The position numbers were made by a program, and so were the translations under genes. Source: Myxococcales bacterium (GTDB lineage Bacteria; Myxococcota_A; Polyangia; Polyangiales; Polyangiaceae). Taken from it: DNA of 64,000 nt. This document shows, one piece after another, positions 58,573 to 64,000 of the stretch; position 1 is the stretch's first letter, and every line of letters begins with the position of its first letter. The notes beneath the pieces were generated by a model. That model was not told where the DNA came from. It saw only the letters and a program-made list of their open reading frames with translations, and made no database searches. The stretch lies in the NCBI GenBank assembly GCA_043747615.1, contig JAYTOU010000057.1, positions 92,041 to 156,040 of the forward strand, written 5' to 3'.

Positions 58573-60255
58573 CTATTTTAGGCATTCAGGCTTGTAGGTT
58601 TTTACACCCGCTGCGTCGCGCGTGTACGGCGGATCGCAGCTGACCTTCGGGATGACCGGCTTGGGCTTCGCGGCAAGCGGCTGCTGCGGCAGCGTGATGG
58701 CGGGCGCAGCGACGCGCGGGGTCACGACGGGCGGGATGACCACTGGGGGCGTCACCACTGGCGGCGTCACGACCGCGGAAGGAGCAACAAGCGCCACGTC
58801 CTGCGCTTGCTCGGGCGTGGGCTCGACGACCGGCACCGTCGCGACGACCGCCGGGGGCACTGCGTGCGGTGCTTCAGGGGCGCGTGCTTGCTGCCCGCGA
58901 AGGCCGATCACCGCAGCGAACGTCGCCACGACGAGCGCCGCGGTCGCCACCCCGACGAGGACCTTGATCCCCATCAGACTCTGCGGCGCCGTCTGCTGCT
59001 GCATGTGCATCTGGCTGACGCTGGACTGCGGGTGCTGCACCTGCGAGACCTGCGAGACACTCGAGAGCCCGGGCGGGGGCGGCTGCAAGTACGGCCCGCT
59101 GGCGGCTTCGGCTCCCCAAGGCGCGGCGTACGCCGTATTGATCCCAGGATGGGAGCCGAGGCCCGGATGGGAGCCGGGTCCAGGCTCCGGCGACGCCTGT
59201 TGCATCGACGGATGCACAGATAGATCGTAGCCAGGGTTCGCGGCGTTTCCGGTCAGCCGGATCGGGACCTTCACAGCGGAGCTGCTCTCGAGCTCGGTCA
59301 CCTGCTTTGCGCGCTTGGTCAGCTTCTGATGCGCGAGGTGCTCGACCCACGTGCCCACCTCGGTGGTGGTCGCCGGCCGGACGCAGGCCTCGAGGGTGAG
59401 CGCCATCTCGCGCGCCGAAGCAAATCGTAAATTCGGATCGCGGTTCGCTCCGCGCGCGACGACTTGGTCCAGCGAGCTGGGAAGATCCGGAACGATGTGG
59501 CTCGGAGGAGGGATTTCTCCCTGCAGAACGCGCCCGAAAATCTGCGCTTCGTTCTCTCCGTCGTGAAGACGTTGGCCGGTGAGCGCTTCCCAGAGCACGA
59601 CTGTGGCCGAGTAGATGTCGGTCTGGCGGGTGATGGGCGCGCTGCCGCTGAGCTGCTCGGGCGCCATGTACGCGAGCTTCCCTTTGAGCTGTCCTTCGCG
59701 TGTGGTCTGGAGCCTCCCCGCTGCTTTTGCGACGCCGAAATCCAGAACGCGCGGCACGCCGTCGACGCCAACGAGGACGTTCTGCGGAGAGATGTCACGG
59801 TGGACGATCCCGAGCGCCACACCGTGCTCGTCGCGGGCCTCGTGCACCGCGTGCAGGCCGTGGAGCATGCCACACATGATCGCGGCGACGATCGCCGTTG
59901 GTATCGGCTCGCGCTTCGTGTTCGATTCTCGAACGAGCCGCGCCAGCGATTCGCCCTGGACGTACTCCATCACCAAGAAAAGATCGGTCTCGGTGGCGAC
60001 GACGTCGAGCGTCTGCACGGCGTTCGGATGCTGGATGCGTGCAGCGAGCCGCGCCTCGTCGAGGAACATGGACATGAAGTCCGGATCCTTCGCGAACTGC
60101 GGATGGAGGCACTTGATGGCGACCGTGCGCGAGAAGCCGACGGGGCCGAGCAGCCGTCCCAGATAGACGGTCGCCATTCCGCCCGAAGCGATCTCTCCAT
60201 AGAGCGCGTAACGCCCGACGACACGAAGAGTGGAATTCACCGCCGACACCGCCAC
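58573..60255 (-). CDS. Hanks-type membrane Ser/Thr protein kinase
   Basis: IASGGMATV, VAIK, HRDISPQN, DFG, GKLAYMAPE; TM; Pro-rich tail ending CDPPYTRDAAGVKTYKPECLK. Confidence 0.95.
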   Translation of the reverse strand: MAVSAVNSTLRVVGRYALYGEIASGGMATVYLGRLLGPVGFSRTVAIKCLHPQFAKDPDFMSMFLDEARLAARIQHPNAVQTLDVVATETDLFLVMEYVQGESLARLVRESNTKREPIPTAIVAAIMCGMLHGLHAVHEARDEHGVALGIVHRDISPQNVLVGVDGVPRVLDFGVAKAAGRLQTTREGQLKGKLAYMAPEQLSGSAPITRQTDIYSATVVLWEALTGQRLHDGENEAQIFGRVLQGEIPPPSHIVPDLPSSLDQVVARGANRDPNLRFASAREMALTLEACVRPATTTEVGTWVEHLAHQKLTKRAKQVTELESSSAVKVPIRLTGNAANPGYDLSVHPSMQQASPEPGPGSHPGLGSHPGINTAYAAPWGAEAASGPYLQPPPPGLSSVSQVSQVQHPQSSVSQMHMQQQTAPQSLMGIKVLVGVATAALVVATFAAVIGLRGQQARAPEAPHAVPPAVVATVPVVEPTPEQAQDVALVAPSAVVTPPVVTPPVVIPPVVTPRVAAPAITLPQQPLAAKPKPVIPKVSCDPPYTRDAAGVKTYKPECLK

Positions 60256-60341
60256 GTACTAAGCCTACCAGCGAAAATCAGGGGCTGCTTCGCCGTCACG
60301 CACAATTGGTCGCCTACTGTATGCGGTGCGGTTACGTGCGG

Positions 60342-61772
60342 CTATTTGACGAGCTCGAAAATGCCCCCGCCGCTGGTCTGGGTAGCCCAGTAGACCGCCT
60401 TCGCGTCGACGACGACGCTGTAGGGCTGGTTGAGGTTCTGCGCGAGGAGACTCGGGTTGCCCCCGCAGCCTGACCCCGCGCCACCGTCGGCCAGGGCGAT
60501 GGCGCACGCGCTGACGTTTCCTGAACTGCCCGCGTTCGTCCAGTAGACGTTCTTGTCGTCGATGGCGAGGCCGTACGGGTTCGTCTGCCCTGAGGCGAGG
60601 ACGGTCGCGACGTTCGTGCCTCGGTCAACCTTCACGATGGAGGAGTTGTATTGATTGATCCAGTAATAGTTCGCCGCGTCCTCGAACATCAGGCGCGCCG
60701 AGGTCGTAGTCTGCACCTGCGTCGGCGAAGCGGGGCAGCCCGCGAGCGGGCATGTGTAGACCGCTGCGGTCTGCGCGTTGTTGAAAGCGAAGGCGGTCTC
60801 GTCAACGGCGAGCGAGATGATGCCGTATTGATTGCCGCTCGCGGCGAGCTGCACGGGTGAGGGACACGTTCCTGTGACCGGGCACTTGAAGACGCCGCCG
60901 CCGATCGTCGGGGAAAAGCCAAAGACGCTAAAGAAGATGCCCGTTGCGGTGGCCACGATGCGGGTGTTGCTGTCGACGAAGAGGCCGCCCGCAGTTCCAA
61001 GGGCCGTCCCGGCGAAGATGGATACTGCACTCGGGCCGCCCATCTTAGAGACCTTGAGGATCGCGCCGTCGGCGCTGGTGTATGGCCCGCCGATCGGGAA
61101 AAATTGCATGCGCTGTCGCGGAAAGTAGACGAAGCCGTTGGGGTCGGCATCTGCCGTCAGGGACTCCGCGTAGTAGGTCGGGTCGCTCGCGAGCACGAGG
61201 ACGGCGCCGGTGGCCTTGTCGAGCTTGACGAGGTCGTACGTGCTGTTGGTGTTCGATCGCCAACCGTAAAAGAGACTCGTTGCGTCCTGGCCGAGCGAAA
61301 GGGGGTAGCCGTCGGCCTGCCCGGCATCGACCTTCGGCGTGAGGCTGACGGGGCCGCACTGCCCGGCCGAGCACTTGCCGCCGCCGCAATCGCGACCGCA
61401 GGCGTTGCAGTTCAGCGGGTCGCCCGCGAGGATGGATTCGCAGCCGTTCTTGTCGTTGTTGTCGCAGTTGCCGTACTGCGTGTTGCAGCCGATCTTGCAG
61501 ACGCCGGCGGTGCACAGAGGAAAACTGTTTGCGCCGAAGCTGCAGGCGTTGCCGCACGTCCCGCAGTTGCCGGGATCGTTCGGGAGATCCTTGCCGCACG
61601 GATTCGGATTGACGGGACTCGTGTCCGCGGAAGCGTCCGTCGTCGGCTCCGGGCCGCCCGCGAGACCCGACGTCGTCACGCACGAAGTAGCCACCACACC
61701 GAGTGCGGTGAACCCCATCGCCATGCACGCCACCCCGAACCAACCGATCCCCCAAGCGCCGGATCTCTGCAC
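60342..61772 (-). CDS. Lipoprotein with Cys-rich repeats and a beta-propeller
   Basis: Lipobox-like ATSC, repeats DPGNCGTCGNAC and DPLNCNACGRDC, then propeller-like repeats (LAVDE, LAIDDKNVYW, VVVDAKAVYW). Confidence 0.75.
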   Translation of the reverse strand: MQRSGAWGIGWFGVACMAMGFTALGVVATSCVTTSGLAGGPEPTTDASADTSPVNPNPCGKDLPNDPGNCGTCGNACSFGANSFPLCTAGVCKIGCNTQYGNCDNNDKNGCESILAGDPLNCNACGRDCGGGKCSAGQCGPVSLTPKVDAGQADGYPLSLGQDATSLFYGWRSNTNSTYDLVKLDKATGAVLVLASDPTYYAESLTADADPNGFVYFPRQRMQFFPIGGPYTSADGAILKVSKMGGPSAVSIFAGTALGTAGGLFVDSNTRIVATATGIFFSVFGFSPTIGGGVFKCPVTGTCPSPVQLAASGNQYGIISLAVDETAFAFNNAQTAAVYTCPLAGCPASPTQVQTTTSARLMFEDAANYYWINQYNSSIVKVDRGTNVATVLASGQTNPYGLAIDDKNVYWTNAGSSGNVSACAIALADGGAGSGCGGNPSLLAQNLNQPYSVVVDAKAVYWATQTSGGGIFELVK

Positions 61773-61877
61773 GCATTCAGCGTATCACGGAAAAGTTCGG
61801 GGAGAAGTTCCAGCCCGAGAGCCCACCCGAAAGCGTGCTAGACCCACGCCTTGAGCGCGTCAGAAAATCCCGCCGTC

Positions 61878-63035
61878 ATGCCCCCACAAGAGTCGCCGAG
61901 GGCGCGCCTGCGCGACACGGAGCTCCCCACGCTCTCGACGGCGTTCGTCGGTGCGGAGACTCAGAAGGGGCGCAAGTTGGCGCTTTCCTTCGTGGTGCTC
62001 CTCACGTTTTTGACGGTGGCGTGGATCGCTTCGCCGATCTGGGTGGGGCTCGCCCTCGGCACCGCGATGGCCTTCACCGCGCAGCAGAGTTACCGCAGCC
62101 TCACCCGCAGGCTTGGAAACAGGCGGATCCTCGCTGCCGCGCTCGTCACGATCATCGGCGGGATCCTCGCGGCCGTCGCGGGCGCCATCGCGCTCTACAC
62201 CGTCACGCAGGAGCTCATCACGCTCGTCGGCATTTTGCAGCAAAAGATGGACACCAATTCGCTCACCGAGCTGATTGGCGACCGCGGCGCACGGATGGTC
62301 GATCACCTCGGCCTCGACAGGGCCGACTTGATGGAGCGGATTCGCCACGAGCTCACCAAGGCCACCGCGTACTTCACCGGCGCAGTCGCCGTGATCTTGC
62401 AAGCGACGGGCAGCGCCGTCCTCGGGCTGATCGTCGCGCTCATGACGATGTACTACGTCCTCCTGGAGTGGCCGACGATTTCCGTCCGCCTGGAGCGCGT
62501 CCTGCCGCTCGATCCTCGTCACACCCGCGCGCTGATGCTCGAGTTCCGAGATGTCGGACGGAGCTCGTTCATCGGAACCGTGGCCACCGCCCTCGCTCAA
62601 GGCGTGCTCGCGGGCGTAGGCTACATGATCGCGGGCGTACCGAATTTCGTGACCCTCGGGATGCTCACGGCGGTCGCCTCGTTCTTGCCGCTCGTCGGCA
62701 CCGGCCTCATCTGGGGACCAGTCACCATTTTCCTGCTCATGTCGGGGGCTATTTTGCCCGGAGTCTTCCTCTTTGCCTGGGGGCTCTTGGTGGTGATGGC
62801 CCTCGCCGACTACGTGATTCGTCCGCGACTCGTTGGCGGGAAAGACCACGGGCCGCCGCTGCTGATGCTCATTGCGCTCATCGGGGGCGTCGAGCTTTTC
62901 GGCCTCGCCGGTTTGTTGGTCGCGCCCATTCTCATGTCGCTCTTCCTCGCGGCCCTCCGCATTTACGAGCGAGAGGTGGACGCCGAAGCCCAAGTGACGG
63001 TTACGCCGGCCACGCCCTCGCCACCCGAAGTTTGA
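61878..63035 (+). CDS. AI-2E family (PerM/TqsA-like) transporter
   Basis: MYYVLLEW, QG..AG.GY, LPLVGT..IWGP, DYVIRP.LVG, GG..LFG..GL..AP. Start is 61851 (TTG) or 61878 (ATG). Confidence 0.9.
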   Translation: MPPQESPRARLRDTELPTLSTAFVGAETQKGRKLALSFVVLLTFLTVAWIASPIWVGLALGTAMAFTAQQSYRSLTRRLGNRRILAAALVTIIGGILAAVAGAIALYTVTQELITLVGILQQKMDTNSLTELIGDRGARMVDHLGLDRADLMERIRHELTKATAYFTGAVAVILQATGSAVLGLIVALMTMYYVLLEWPTISVRLERVLPLDPRHTRALMLEFRDVGRSSFIGTVATALAQGVLAGVGYMIAGVPNFVTLGMLTAVASFLPLVGTGLIWGPVTIFLLMSGAILPGVFLFAWGLLVVMALADYVIRPRLVGGKDHGPPLLMLIALIGGVELFGLAGLLVAPILMSLFLAALRIYEREVDAEAQVTVTPATPSPPEV

Positions 63036-63053
63036 GTGGTTAACTAACCCACC

Positions 63054-63737
63054 ATGTGCCCCCACTGCCGGCAGAACGCTCCCATCGTGTACCGAGGCGT
63101 AGTGGCGTACTGCACGGCGTGCGGGAAGCTCCGGGCGCCTCTTGCGGGGCCGGCGGTCAATCTCGCGGGTCAGCCTTCGCAAATCGGTGGGTCGGTCGCG
63201 AAGATCCTAGGCTGGCTCGTGCTTGGGGTCGGCGTCATAGTCGCCGTTCTCTTGACGGCGCTGTTTCAGGCGATCTTGCCCGCGGGGTTCATCGGGTGGC
63301 TCCTCGGCGCGGTCATCATGCTCGTGAGCCTCGCCGTCGGCTCATCGCTCGTTCTCGGCGGGCGCCGCTTGAAGAACACTGGCAGCGTGACCGAGAAGTC
63401 GACGAAGCATAGGGCGATTTACGCGCTGGCCGCTCACCGCGGAGGCGTGCTCAACGCCGTCGACGTGTCGCGCGCCGCAGGGCTCAGCGTCTCGGAAGCC
63501 GATGCGCTCCTCACCGCACTCGCCAAAGAAGAATCCGACAGCGTGAAGCTCGAGGTCGACGACAACGGCGGCATTTACTACGTGTTCCCGGAGTTCGACG
63601 CGCGTCCTTGGGAAGCGCGATCAAACGAGGGCGCCATGCGAGCTCGCGTCGCGCCCTTCGTCGAGGGCGTCCCCCTCGAACGAGAAGACGAGCTTGAGCC
63701 AAGGCGCGAGGCACCGGCCGTCCATCGCACACGTTGA
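63054..63737 (+). CDS. Hypothetical membrane protein: N-terminal zinc ribbon, two TMs, winged-helix-like C-terminus
   Basis: CPHC..CTAC, two hydrophobic helices, GGVLNAVDVSRAAGLSVSEADALL...GGIYYVFP. Confidence 0.7.
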   Translation: MCPHCRQNAPIVYRGVVAYCTACGKLRAPLAGPAVNLAGQPSQIGGSVAKILGWLVLGVGVIVAVLLTALFQAILPAGFIGWLLGAVIMLVSLAVGSSLVLGGRRLKNTGSVTEKSTKHRAIYALAAHRGGVLNAVDVSRAAGLSVSEADALLTALAKEESDSVKLEVDDNGGIYYVFPEFDARPWEARSNEGAMRARVAPFVEGVPLEREDELEPRREAPAVHRTR

Positions 63738-63917
63738 AGCGGAGGGCCCCCACCGTTTACGGAGCTCTGCGCTACCGTGGCGGAACTGTGATGACGCGCT
63801 TCGACTGTGGCAAAGATGTCGCTCCGTGCCCGGCGTAATTTGCTGGAATTACACGGTTTGACAAGCTGAAGCGTCCGATCGTCGCAGCGCACGGCTTGTG
63901 CAGTACCCAGGCTCAGC

Positions 63918-64000
63918 ATGGACCCACACGAGCACGAGACGGCGGCATTCGATCCGGCGGCGCACCACGACGCTCCCTCGAGCATGCGCCTGCCGTGCAC
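63918..64000 (+). CDS. Possible 5' end of a gene continuing beyond the window
   Basis: The ATG at 63918 follows an intergenic region and the frame is open to the edge (MDPHEHETAAFDP...). Too short to classify. Confidence 0.25.
   Translation, partial: MDPHEHETAAFDPAAHHDAPSSMRLPC

Noticed and set aside
58725..58775. Short coding repeat VVTPP-VVTPP-VVIPP-VVTPR
   Set aside because: An ordinary Pro-rich linker in the kinase stalk, not a separate element.

Overview
A GC-rich, gene-dense chromosomal segment. Its gene content points to a myxobacterium (Myxococcota, Polyangiaceae/Sorangiineae-like); this is an inference. The evidence is two membrane Ser/Thr kinases with PEGA-type partners, a MYXO-CTERM-like DUF2330 protein, Cys-rich lipoproteins and sigma-54 signalling. 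From the left, the window holds the alternative complex III operon (actABCDEF, with actF cut by the window edge) plus heme O synthase, then a deleted/frameshifted NarL-type regulator, an OPT transporter and a LOG protein. Next come a pyroglutamyl-peptidase-like lipoprotein beside pxpABC, amtB with an NtrC-like activator and a two-component set, an ACAD/phosphotransferase pair, a desaturase, egtB-egtD and nadE. The right part holds csp, FKBP, a DUF362-CBM9-like lipoprotein coupled to kup, arfB, an osmoprotectant-type ABC importer, a hybrid kinase and recQ. I found no rRNA, tRNA, CRISPR array, transposase or integrase. The most interesting signals are: (i) two parallel kinase + exported PEGA-partner modules that look like cognate trans-envelope signalling pairs; (ii) an exported DUF362-CBM9-like fusion; (iii) a nested-palindrome REP/MITE-like element with a tandem palindromic repeat at about 30.5-30.9 kb; (iv) a putative surface pyroglutamate-scavenging locus; and (v) a recurring leaderless-type promoter signature. 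All family calls come from motif recognition by eye; no database searches were run.
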